DNA of 62,882 nucleotides, filler included, from an uncultured Methanosarcinales archaeon (lineage in GTDB: Archaea > Nanobdellota > Nanobdellia > Woesearchaeales > UBA12501): the NCBI GenBank assembly GCA_964397315.1. It is 6 parts of 6 records of this genome, joined end to end, with 100 filler letters (N's around TTAATTAATTAA, not from the genome) between each part and the next. Parts side by side here need not be neighbours in the genome. Positions count along the whole stretch, not along the records: positions 12,012 to 23,804 come from CAYNHV010000034.1; positions 23,905 to 35,202 come from CAYNHV010000035.1; 4 more parts are not named here. One strand, given 5' to 3'. Position numbers and translations under genes: made by a program. Position 1 is the stretch's first letter, and each line of letters starts with the position of its first letter. Below are positions 17,861-26,049 of this stretch, in pieces. Below the pieces are notes generated by a model. It saw only the letters and a list, made by a program, of their open reading frames with translations, was not told the origin of the DNA and did no database searches.

Positions 17861-18502
17861 ATGGCAGAGATCCCGCTGATACTGAAGCTGAGGAGGCAGT
17901 CGCACAAGGATCTGGCCAGGGCGCAGGATATCATTGTCAGGGAGCTGTACAATGTATTCAACAGGCCGGTCCTGCATGGAGGCATAGCCATATGGCGCTG
18001 TTATGAAGGAAACAGGTTCTCTGAGGACATTGACGCATACATGCCAAAGGATAAGGAAAAGATAAACACCCTGTTTGAAAACCTGGAAAGCAAGGGTTTT
18101 GCCATAAAAAAGAGGAAGACAGGCAGCAGAAGCCTCTACTCAAGGATGGAGCTGAACAGGGCCATTGTCAGGTTTGAAGCGCTGTTCAGGAGGGCAAAAG
18201 GCTCTCTCAGGGAATACAGGACAGCAGACAGCAACATCATCACAGTCTACACTCTCAGCCCTGAAGAGCTGATAAGAGAGAAGGTCAGCGCGTATCTCCA
18301 GCGCTTTAAGGTGAGGGACCTTTATGACATCTTCTTCCTGCTCAGGCATGTGGAGGACAAGAGAGAGGTTTCAGCGGAGATTAAGAAGCTGGCAGAGGGA
18401 TTCAGAAAGCCGGCTGATGAGAAAGACCTCAAAGTGCTTATAATAGAAGGGCTTACTCCAAGCGCAGAGGATATGATGGATTACATAAAGAGGGCTGTCT
18501 AG
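17861..18502 (+). CDS. AbiEii-family nucleotidyltransferase toxin
   Basis: LHGGIAIW, RFSEDID, EK, RDLYD. Confidence 0.85.
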   Translation: MAEIPLILKLRRQSHKDLARAQDIIVRELYNVFNRPVLHGGIAIWRCYEGNRFSEDIDAYMPKDKEKINTLFENLESKGFAIKKRKTGSRSLYSRMELNRAIVRFEALFRRAKGSLREYRTADSNIITVYTLSPEELIREKVSAYLQRFKVRDLYDIFFLLRHVEDKREVSAEIKKLAEGFRKPADEKDLKVLIIEGLTPSAEDMMDYIKRAV

Positions 18503-18503
18503 A

Positions 18504-19091
18504 ATGGGAAAAGAGAAATACCTTAAAAGGATTGAAGCGCTGTTCAGGAAAAGCCCTGTTATGGACAGCTCCTCAATAAAAAGAATCCTCAGCGAAAAGA
18601 GAGACGGAGGACAGTACCACAAGCAGCTGATAAATAACCTTGTCATGAAAGGGAGGATAGAAAGGCTGGCAAAAGGCTGCTACACCATGCATGATGATCC
18701 CTCGCTGGCTGTCTTCTGCTTCAAGCCCGCCTACCGCGGCCTGCAGGACGCTTTAAGCATCCACGGCCTGTGGGAGCAGGAAACAATACCTGTGATAATC
18801 ACAGCAAAAAAAGTCAGGCAGGGGATAAGGAATATCCTCGGCATCAATGTCCTGATCAGGAGGCTTTCCGGAAAATACCTTTTCGGATTTGAATACATAC
18901 AGGAAGGCGGCTTTTACATGCCTGTCTCAGACATAGAAAAAACCTTCATTGACATGGTTTATTTCAGGCAGGTGATGGGCAGAAGCCTGCTGAAGAGTTT
19001 CAGGAAGAGGATAAACAGGAAAAAGCTGGAAGCATACCTCAGGAAATACCCCAAAAAGACAAGAGAAAGAGTCAGGAACAGACTCCAGTAG
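18504..19091 (+). CDS. AbiEi-like antitoxin
   Basis: RLAKGCY, AYRGLQDALSIHGL, SDIEKTFID. Confidence 0.8.
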   Translation: MGKEKYLKRIEALFRKSPVMDSSSIKRILSEKRDGGQYHKQLINNLVMKGRIERLAKGCYTMHDDPSLAVFCFKPAYRGLQDALSIHGLWEQETIPVIITAKKVRQGIRNILGINVLIRRLSGKYLFGFEYIQEGGFYMPVSDIEKTFIDMVYFRQVMGRSLLKSFRKRINRKKLEAYLRKYPKKTRERVRNRLQ

Positions 19092-19216
19092 CGCTAGGAA
19101 GAAAGCCACATATGCCGCAGGCTGGTGCAGTTGGGGTTTGAGTAAAATGGATATTTCAAAAGGGCATGTACAAATAGTACATATCCATTCATTAAGAAAA
19201 GAGTAGGGTGGTTGAT

Positions 19217-19732
19217 ATGAAAAAAGAATTAATCTCAAGGCTTAAAAAATCGTTTGAAGATTATGCAAATGAAGCCGATGGAATTGATTTCTGGTTCGCC
19301 AGAGATTTACAGATTCTTTTAGATTATGGAGAGTGGAGAAACTTCTTAAATGTTATTGAGAAAGCTAAGTTTGCGTGCAAGAAATCAGGGCAAGATATTG
19401 AAGACCATTTTGTTGAGGTTAACAAAAAGGTTAAGATTGGCTCAGAAGCAGAAAGGGAAATAAATGATTTAATGCTTACAAGATACGCCTGCTACCTTAT
19501 TGCCCAGAATGGAGACCCAAGAAAGGATCAGATTGCTTTTGCTCAAAGCTATTCTGCTGTCCAGACAAGAAAGAAGGAGTTAATTGAAGAAAGAAATGCT
19601 CTTATTGAAAGGCTTACTGCAAGACAGAAATGGGTTGCATCTGAAACAGAACTTTCAAAGCTAATCTATAAGAGGGGTGTTGATGAAGAAGGGTTCGCGA
19701 AAATGAAACCGTTACAAATTGTAACGCTATGA
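19217..19732 (+). pseudogene. dinD: DinD-like (Bro-N) protein, C-terminally truncated
   Basis: WFARDL, WRNF, LTRYACYLIAQNGDPRK, AFAQSY; similarity stops at GVDEEGFA. Confidence 0.75.
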
Positions 19733-19762
19733 AAATACTTATAGAAAAATGAGGCTTTTCGA

Positions 19763-20434
19763 ATGAAGATTATCAGAAAATATGAATATAAATTGACTGA
19801 AGAAACTCTTGATAAAGATATTGACAAATTCATCAAAGAAGCCAAGAAAGGAGCTTTTGAATGGGACTATAAGTATGGAATGGAAGGATTGCGTATTATT
19901 AAGCAATATTTTAAGCTTATTCAGGCTGAGTTTGACAAAGGAAATTTCTCTTTGTGCAAAATTTGTTATGAGAAATTATTGCATTTGCTTTTTGAAGAAG
20001 GATATGAAAACAGCTATTTTGGATATGAAGACATTATCGGAAGGAGCAAGCTGGATTTTGAGAAGATTACCAAGCAGTATTTTATTTGTTTGACAAGGTT
20101 ATATAAGGTTGAAGAATTATTTGATGAGTATATTGAATATTTGAAGAAAAAACAGGATTATTACTTTGAATCTGCTGAGAAAACAATAATTGAAGAGTTA
20201 AGCGATAAGGATTTTGCTAAGTTTAAAGAATTGTTATTGACGGAATCCGAAAAGATTGGAAAAGATAACTACGAACTGCATGATGTTCTGACTTTTTTAC
20301 TGGATATAGCGATGAAGAAAGAGAAAGATGAGAAACAGTTTAATGAGTTAGCTGAGAAGTTTGCTCCTGTTTTAGGATATGATAATGTTAAAGAATTTTT
20401 GAAGGATTATGAAGATGATAACCAAGCAATTTAA
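19763..20434 (+). CDS. Hypothetical helical acidic protein (AT-rich)
   Basis: 223-aa ORF, no recognised motif. Confidence 0.75.
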   Translation: MKIIRKYEYKLTEETLDKDIDKFIKEAKKGAFEWDYKYGMEGLRIIKQYFKLIQAEFDKGNFSLCKICYEKLLHLLFEEGYENSYFGYEDIIGRSKLDFEKITKQYFICLTRLYKVEELFDEYIEYLKKKQDYYFESAEKTIIEELSDKDFAKFKELLLTESEKIGKDNYELHDVLTFLLDIAMKKEKDEKQFNELAEKFAPVLGYDNVKEFLKDYEDDNQAI

Positions 20435-20516
20435 GCTAAACATCGAACTCGTGCCCTCAACAATTTGGTATGCTAACATTGTGCGTGCGCCGGCTCCGCC
20501 GCGCACGCACTTATAA
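20415..20516 (+). pseudogene. Possible N-terminal remnant of an HNH endonuclease
   Basis: MITKQFKLNIELVPSTIWYAN, then a GC-rich palindrome (20481-20510) and stop. Confidence 0.4.
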
Positions 20517-20551
20517 TCAAAAATTGTAGAAAAAGCTAACGGAGGAAAGCA

Positions 20552-20594
20552 AGGCAATTCCTCTTTGGGCTAAAAGCCCAAAGTTTCCTTGCCT
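20552..20594. repeat. IS200/IS605-end-like palindrome
   Basis: AGGCAATTCCT-CTTTGGGCT-AAA-AGCCCAAAG-TTTCCTTGCCT. Confidence 0.5.
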
Positions 20595-20601
20595 AAGAAG
20601 A

Positions 20602-21504
20602 ATGAAAACCAATGAGGAAATAATCAAACTATTTGATACTCATTATGAGATGCTGTCTGCAATGGGCGGGAATACAAAGGATTTTACTCCTTTAATTGAC
20701 GCACTGGGGTTTTTACTGAATCAAATGAAGGTTACAAGAAAAGTTTCTTTAGAAGTTAAAAAAGAACTAGGGGGATGTAGTGATGAAGAATTTACTTTGG
20801 AAGCTTCAAAGAGGTTAAAGCCAAGATTAAAAAAATTTGAAAAACAAAGAAAAGAATTTGATGATATGTCATTTAATACGCTGTTATTTAAGCTTCCTGA
20901 CAAAAAGGGAAAAATATTTTTTCAATTGATGAAAAGAATGGAAGAAGCAGGAAAATTGCCAATTACAGATAAGTCAAAAAGAGGAAAAATCGATTCGGTT
21001 ATATCTGATTTGGAGAGCTATATTGAGGAAATCAAAGAAGTAAGCAAGCCATTTATCCCTGCTCCAATAGATAAGAGCCAGACGATTATCTTTAAAGTGA
21101 TGCTTAAGTACCGAAAAGGAACATGGCGCAAGATTGAAATGAAAGCTTCTCAGACCTTAGAAGAGCTGCATGAAGCAATACAAGATGCAATCGGATGGGG
21201 TAATGACCATCTATATTCGTTTTTTATGGATAATAAGTTTAACAGCAGAAAGCCAGATGCTGAATTTACCTGCCCTTATGAGCCGGAAGGAAGAAAAACC
21301 GTTGACATTGCAGTTGGAGCTTTTGCTTTTAAAAAAGGCCAGAAGTTTGCGTATTTGTTTGACTTTGGAGATGACCACCGATTTGAGATAGAAGTTATTG
21401 ATTTTGGAAAAGTCGAGAAAGGAAAAGAATATCCCATTTTGCTTGAATCAAAAGGTAAGTCTCCTGAGCAGTATCCTGATTTTGAGGATGAAATTGATGA
21501 TTGA
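20602..21504 (+). CDS. Plasmid pRiA4b ORF-3-like domain protein
   Basis: C-terminal WRKIEM...TLEELHEAIQ...W..DHLYSF...YLFDFGDDHRFEIEV. Confidence 0.85.
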   Translation: MKTNEEIIKLFDTHYEMLSAMGGNTKDFTPLIDALGFLLNQMKVTRKVSLEVKKELGGCSDEEFTLEASKRLKPRLKKFEKQRKEFDDMSFNTLLFKLPDKKGKIFFQLMKRMEEAGKLPITDKSKRGKIDSVISDLESYIEEIKEVSKPFIPAPIDKSQTIIFKVMLKYRKGTWRKIEMKASQTLEELHEAIQDAIGWGNDHLYSFFMDNKFNSRKPDAEFTCPYEPEGRKTVDIAVGAFAFKKGQKFAYLFDFGDDHRFEIEVIDFGKVEKGKEYPILLESKGKSPEQYPDFEDEIDD

Positions 21505-21835
21505 TACAAGATTAATCGATACTCTGACAGAAATGGCAAAGAAAGAGAAGAAGATTAAGGAGTTTAAGAAACGTCTGAGAGTGAAAGGAAAGATTGTCAA
21601 GAAAGGAGAGACAAAGAAAGGCAATATTGCAATAACTGTCAGGGATAAAGAAGACGATTTTAAATTTACTGTGTTAAAATCACATAAGGAAAGCTTTGCT
21701 CTTGCTAAAAAATTGGAAGTTGGCAGGAGTGTTTCAGTTGTTGGAATACCTAAATTCAGGATGATAATCTGCACAAAGCTAAGAGTTTTGGATGAAGGGA
21801 TTGATGAAAGCAGGCAGAGGAAGCTGGTGGAATGA
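21497..21835 (+). CDS. Small basic OB-fold-like protein
   Basis: RVKGKIVKK...LEVGRSVSVVG pattern; start overlaps the upstream stop. Confidence 0.6.
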   Translation: MIDTRLIDTLTEMAKKEKKIKEFKKRLRVKGKIVKKGETKKGNIAITVRDKEDDFKFTVLKSHKESFALAKKLEVGRSVSVVGIPKFRMIICTKLRVLDEGIDESRQRKLVE

Positions 21836-22091
21836 GTTTCGGCCTTCCTGCTCCTGTGCTGGATTAATAGAAAGATTCTTAAGATACATATTCTAGCTAA
21901 CCTTTGTATGAACAAACTACAGCAAGTCCTGGAAGAGATGAAGAAAGAAGAAGAGAAAAAACGCAAAAAGAAGAAAGGCTTTGAAAAGAGGAAAGAAAAG
22001 CCCTTGCAGTATTATTCTGGGTGGAGTCCTAAATAAAAAGTCATCATCGGAATATTAAGAAATGATTTCATCAAAGTGGGCAAAGATAGGT

Positions 22092-22313
22092 TTACTTTTC
22101 TCTTACTTGCACAATCTCATAAACCTTCCTCACAACCCCTGTACTGTCCTCAGAGACACAATTCCCTGATGTATCTCACTCATTATAAACCCTGACATCA
22201 TCATCTGTTATCACTATTTTCTTTTTGTAATTTCCGGCTTCAACATCAATTGTCACCTTGTTCGTGTGCGCTTTAATGCTGAGCTTTTTGTTGTTCAGAA
22301 TAAGTTCTTTCAT
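22092..22313 (-). pseudogene. Small ORF with in-frame TGA
   Basis: ATGA-coupled to the upstream gene; 74 codons with TGA at 22176-22178. Confidence 0.4.
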
Positions 22314-22987
22314 TTGCCTGCCTCTCTCCCTTTCCTCCCCTTCACAACCTCCTCCACCCTCTTCTCTCCGATCTTCCTTATCTCCTTCAGGACTTCATCA
22401 GGCACTTCTGCCTTCAGGTCTTCTTTCAGCTCAAGGAGGAAGTCGTAGAGGTAAACAGGGAATATGTCCTCTCCGATCTCTGTCTGGTGGATGCTCTCGT
22501 TGATTATTGTCTTCCAGTTTATCTCGTGCTTCTCCATTATGTCCATCACATCCTTCCTGTCCCCGGCCCTTTCTGTTACGCACTTCAATAATATGATGTC
22601 CTCAGGCGAGAGCGTCTTGACTATAAAATTGCCGTGCTCATAGACAGCATCAGCCCTCTCAACCATTGTTTTTGAGAGCCTGAAGTAGATGATCTTCCTG
22701 CAGAAGAGGTCAATCCTGTCATCCTCCCTCTGCATCAGTATTGGCAGATCCTTCCTGTTCCTGTACAGTATTCTGCTGTCCCTCTCCCTGAAGCCAAGCT
22801 CATAAAGCGCCTTGATTACCGCATCCCTGTCCTCTTCCTTTGAGAACACGATGTCAATGTCTTTTGTTGCCTCTTTTGTGCCGTGGTAGAGCATTGCGCT
22901 GCCGCCTATGAGTATTGCCTCTGTTTTCTTCCTGAGCTTTCCGCCTATCAGGTCAAACAATCCTTCCTGCTCTTTCAGTGATGTCAT
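22310..22987 (-). CDS. Nucleotidyltransferase (DUF6036/AbiEii-like)
   Basis: IGGSAM, TKDIDI, LSPEDIILLK, RAGDRKD. Confidence 0.82.
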   Translation of the reverse strand: MTSLKEQEGLFDLIGGKLRKKTEAILIGGSAMLYHGTKEATKDIDIVFSKEEDRDAVIKALYELGFRERDSRILYRNRKDLPILMQREDDRIDLFCRKIIYFRLSKTMVERADAVYEHGNFIVKTLSPEDIILLKCVTERAGDRKDVMDIMEKHEINWKTIINESIHQTEIGEDIFPVYLYDFLLELKEDLKAEVPDEVLKEIRKIGEKRVEEVVKGRKGREAGK

Positions 22988-23616
22988 TCTTTATACCTGT
23001 GCAGGTCCGCCTTGTTCAGCGGAACATAGACTTTCCATTCCTTTTGTATATCAATAAAATCATCTGATTTCATGTTCCTGACCATGAACCTTCCTTCCCC
23101 GCCCTTTTTCAGCCTTTTCCTTATTCTCTCATCCATTCTTCTTGTTTTAACAGCTGTCCTTGCTGTGTCGTAAAGCGCCCCCACTTTCCTCCTCACATTA
23201 TATTTCTTTGCATAATGATAAAGCAATGGCCAGTCCTTCACATGGTTGAACAGGTCCAGAGAGGCCATTATTGTCCTGATGCTTCCTGACGCTGCTGCCC
23301 TTGCTATGGCCTCCTCCACGGACATATCCCTGCCTGATATCCTGTGCTTGTACGGCGCAGCTAATTTTATCCTGGAGTACTTGTTTATTGTATCATACAA
23401 TCCCCTGCCTCCCACCTTAACCTGCGGGACAGTGTATATCCTGTATAATCTCGGCTTTTTCCCCCCTCCTGATGTCTTTACAAGGCCTTTTTTCCTCAGC
23501 TCATGGACTGTTTTTATTGCTGTGGACCTGCTTACGCCCATCTTTTTCATTATAGTATTGACTGTATGCATGCCCCGCAGCTTCTTCGCGATCTCTAGAG
23601 CTTTGGATTCCTTCAT
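22984..23616 (-). CDS. wHTH-containing AbiEi-like partner
   Basis: N-terminal HTH (MGVSRSTAIKTVHELRKKGLV); ATGA-coupled to the nucleotidyltransferase. Confidence 0.7.
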   Translation of the reverse strand: MKESKALEIAKKLRGMHTVNTIMKKMGVSRSTAIKTVHELRKKGLVKTSGGGKKPRLYRIYTVPQVKVGGRGLYDTINKYSRIKLAAPYKHRISGRDMSVEEAIARAAASGSIRTIMASLDLFNHVKDWPLLYHYAKKYNVRRKVGALYDTARTAVKTRRMDERIRKRLKKGGEGRFMVRNMKSDDFIDIQKEWKVYVPLNKADLHRYKE

Positions 23617-23764
23617 ATGAGTAATCCATACGAACTATTATTTAAATTTTACTGAAATGACCTAAGGAGTTATATCTAAATCTTGTCTTTTCTGTTTCTC
23701 AGAAGCCATTTATAAATGCTTTATAATCCCGACAGCACAACCTCGCAGGTGTTCAAGTTGATAT

Positions 23765-23803
23765 TTAGTTCACACTCTTAATAATATATGCTTTTTCCTT
23801 CTT
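23765..23803. repeat. Contig-terminal repeat, probable end of a multicopy element
   Basis: 37/39 identical to 35164-35202. Confidence 0.8.
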
Positions 23804-23804
23804 T

Positions 23805-23904
23805 NNNNNNNNNNNNNNNNNNNNNNNNNNNNNNNNNNNNNNNNNNNNTTAATTAATTAANNNNNNNNNNNNNNNNNNNNNNNNNNNNNNNNNNNNNNNN
23901 NNNN
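23805..23904. other. Artificial contig linker
   Basis: N-run / TTAATTAATTAA / N-run. Confidence 0.99.
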
Positions 23905-24000
23905 TTCTAAGCAGAATACTGGTTTATATATAAATATTAGGAATTTCGCACCAACCTCGCTGCCACCAAAAAATATTTAAAGCGTGTGAGGAGCTTTATA

Positions 24001-24274
24001 GCCGGACAGGCTAGCCGGGAGGTCAGCCCTCTCCTGCACAGCAAACGGGCTTTACGGCTGGGTGATGTCCTGGAAGAGGTGTAGGCTATGCGATCAGGTC
24101 CTGGTTTGGCCGATGATATTCTGTCCTGCAGGATCGGTGCCTTTGGGAACCGTGTCAGGCCCTGGCGGGTGCAGCACTAACCATTGGCGTTGATGCTTGC
24201 AGGGTAGCGGAATTGAGAAAAAGCCGGGGTCGCCTTTTTGCATGGCCTGCATCCACTCCGGGATGCCTGTCCGC
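24001..24274 (+). ncRNA. ffs: Archaeal SRP (7S) RNA, divergent
   Basis: Terminal helix CGGACAGGC/GCCTGTCCG; helix-8-like GTGTCAGG-CCC-TGGC-GGG-TGCAGCAC (24152-24177); TTTAAA about 25 nt upstream; TTTT downstream. Confidence 0.8.
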
Positions 24275-24347
24275 TTTTGATTCTTGTAGCAGCACAATAC
24301 AATCCACCATAACATTTAAATAATATATGTCCATCACCTCATCAATC

Positions 24348-24434
24348 ATGAAACCCAAAACCATTTCAGGAAGATTGAGCATTGTACAGCTGGTTTTGGT
24401 GGTCCTGGTTCTGGTACTTGTTCTGGTGCAGTAA
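24348..24434 (+). CDS. Putative leader peptide / micro-protein MKPKTISGRLSIVQLVLVVLVLVLVLVQ
   Basis: ATG at leaderless distance from TTTAAATA (24315-24322); Val/Leu run; stop codon in a hairpin loop. Confidence 0.55.
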   Translation: MKPKTISGRLSIVQLVLVVLVLVLVLVQ

Positions 24435-24524
24435 AGCGCCAGGGCGTTGTTATTCTCCACAAACATTCTGAGCGAATATCAGCGTCCTTGACACAGGTCC
24501 GGAATCATGAAGTGAGGTGTTAGC

Positions 24525-24974
24525 ATGAAAGAGAAAGGAGAGAGCAGCAAACTAAGCCTGGAAGAGAGGACAGAGCTCATAAAACAGCAGATATTCCCTT
24601 TTAACAGCTCGCTTTACACTCCGGTTGGGGTGGAACAGCATAATATGCGAAGCGAGAGAGACCCCACTCATGCTCTCTACATACAGGGGTGCGGGAGAGA
24701 CGGAGTTGCAGATGGAAACAGGCAGGAAGTCTCCATCTTCCTGCCCCAGTATGACATAAGCATTGAGGGAGGTGTCCTGTATTTTCTCAATAAGACTGAC
24801 CATTCAACATCCTACCATCATACCATGGATGGCATGAGGGTTTCGGGAAGCAACGGCTTCTTTTATGCAGAAGAGCTGAAGATATGCCTCATAGCTTATG
24901 CAATGCATCTTGACAATGAGAACTGCGGGGAAAACCATGACATCGGAAAATATGTTAGAGAATCCCTCAAGTAA
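24525..24974 (+). CDS. Orphan hypothetical protein
   Basis: 149 aa; SD GAGGTG. Confidence 0.75.
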   Translation: MKEKGESSKLSLEERTELIKQQIFPFNSSLYTPVGVEQHNMRSERDPTHALYIQGCGRDGVADGNRQEVSIFLPQYDISIEGGVLYFLNKTDHSTSYHHTMDGMRVSGSNGFFYAEELKICLIAYAMHLDNENCGENHDIGKYVRESLK

Positions 24975-25021
24975 GGGAGCTCAGAGAATAAAACATTTTA
25001 CGCTTTTTCTAGCACTGCTTC

Positions 25022-25053
25022 TGCGGTGAGCTGGCAGAGTGGCCAGCACCGCA
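25022..25053 (+). terminator. GC-rich intergenic hairpin
   Basis: TGCGGTG-a-GCTGGC ... GCCAGC-ACCGCA, with a T-run shortly downstream. Confidence 0.4.
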
Positions 25054-25120
25054 TCAACATCTAAACTTTTTTGCAATTTGTTTTATGAATTTAAGATTAA
25101 AACCATAATGGAGGGATACT

Positions 25121-25450
25121 ATGAGCCAATATGAAGCTGAACAAGGAGGGGAACAGGACAAAGGCAGGAAATTCGCCTACCACTGCTTGAACTGCGGGAA
25201 AGGAATAGATGAGGGGGCTGAGGTTTTTTACTCCCCTCAAAAGCCGGTGATAAATTACAATGGGGGGGCGTATGCTGTGTTTGATTCAGCTGGCTGCGTG
25301 GGTGAATTCACCATGGAGAAAGGTTTCAGGAGCTCTCTCAGCGGCCTTGAAAAGGGAACAACAGAGGATTTTGAGGCTGCTGTCAGGAAGGAGAAGGCCA
25401 ATGCAGGGAATGACATAGCCCTCTGCGTGCAGCCAGCGCTGAATGAATAA
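25121..25450 (+). CDS. Small hypothetical protein with CxxC (TRASH/YHS-like)
   Basis: CLNCGK ... FDSAGC; SD GGAGG. Confidence 0.7.
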   Translation: MSQYEAEQGGEQDKGRKFAYHCLNCGKGIDEGAEVFYSPQKPVINYNGGAYAVFDSAGCVGEFTMEKGFRSSLSGLEKGTTEDFEAAVRKEKANAGNDIALCVQPALNE

Positions 25451-25520
25451 AGACTGAGCGAACAGACACACCCCTCATATCCAAACATTTATATAACTCC
25501 TGCGCATAACAGGCGCAAGA

Positions 25521-25589
25521 ATGGCATCAGGCAAGATTAGCAGGGCATCAGTTCTTTCTATTATTCTGATTGCTATTATTATTCTTTAA
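25521..25589 (+). CDS. Putative leader peptide / micro-protein MASGKISRASVLSIILIAIIIL
   Basis: ATG at leaderless distance from TTTATATA (25488-25495); Ile run (all ATT); hairpin right after the stop. Confidence 0.55.
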   Translation: MASGKISRASVLSIILIAIIIL

Positions 25590-25647
25590 GCCCCTCATCA
25601 TTCTTGAGAGGGCCGCGCATTGTTAAAAAACATGAGGCCAGGCTAAA

Positions 25648-26037
25648 ATGGCAAAAACATCATACATGGCGTTCAGGAAGCAGCAAGGGCTTGAGAAACA
25701 CGCGGAACAGGTTCGCAATTACACTCCAGAATCCGGCTTTTACCAGGTTGGCTTCAACATGGCAATGCATGACCTGATTGAAAGGACATATTTAATATCC
25801 ACGCAGACAGGCGACTACTCCCCTGTTCTTCTGCTTGAGATGTGGGCTGAAAGACCCTATAATGCTTCTCTGGATGGAAAGCTGGACTCGGCAAAGCAGC
25901 AGCTGCTTGAGAAGGGAGAGGGGGGTGTGAGAGATATACTCATGATGTATTTGGGATGTGTGAGAAACCCCCTTGTTCCTGAAAGGTCTCACAGGATGTT
26001 TTACAAGCAGATCAGAAAAGAGCTCAGCGGAGAATAG
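25648..26037 (+). CDS. Orphan hypothetical protein
   Basis: 129 aa; GAGG upstream. Confidence 0.7.
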   Translation: MAKTSYMAFRKQQGLEKHAEQVRNYTPESGFYQVGFNMAMHDLIERTYLISTQTGDYSPVLLLEMWAERPYNASLDGKLDSAKQQLLEKGEGGVRDILMMYLGCVRNPLVPERSHRMFYKQIRKELSGE

Positions 26038-26049
26038 GATAAGGCAGGT

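Noticed and set aside
20470..20540. Integron attC site at the GC-rich palindrome
   Set aside because: TAAC is present but no matching GTTRRRY end, no cassette array, no integron integrase
22176..22178. Genetic-code reassignment of TGA
   Set aside because: TGA terminates many conserved genes here (e.g. ileS, rps9, rpoN) and Trp is encoded by TGG
24001..24274. RNase P RNA or protein-coding reading (ORFs 24094-24315, 24155-24466)
   Set aside because: No GAGGAAAGUCC-type P4 motif; terminal helix and helix-8 motif fit SRP RNA; the minus-strand ORFs are shadows
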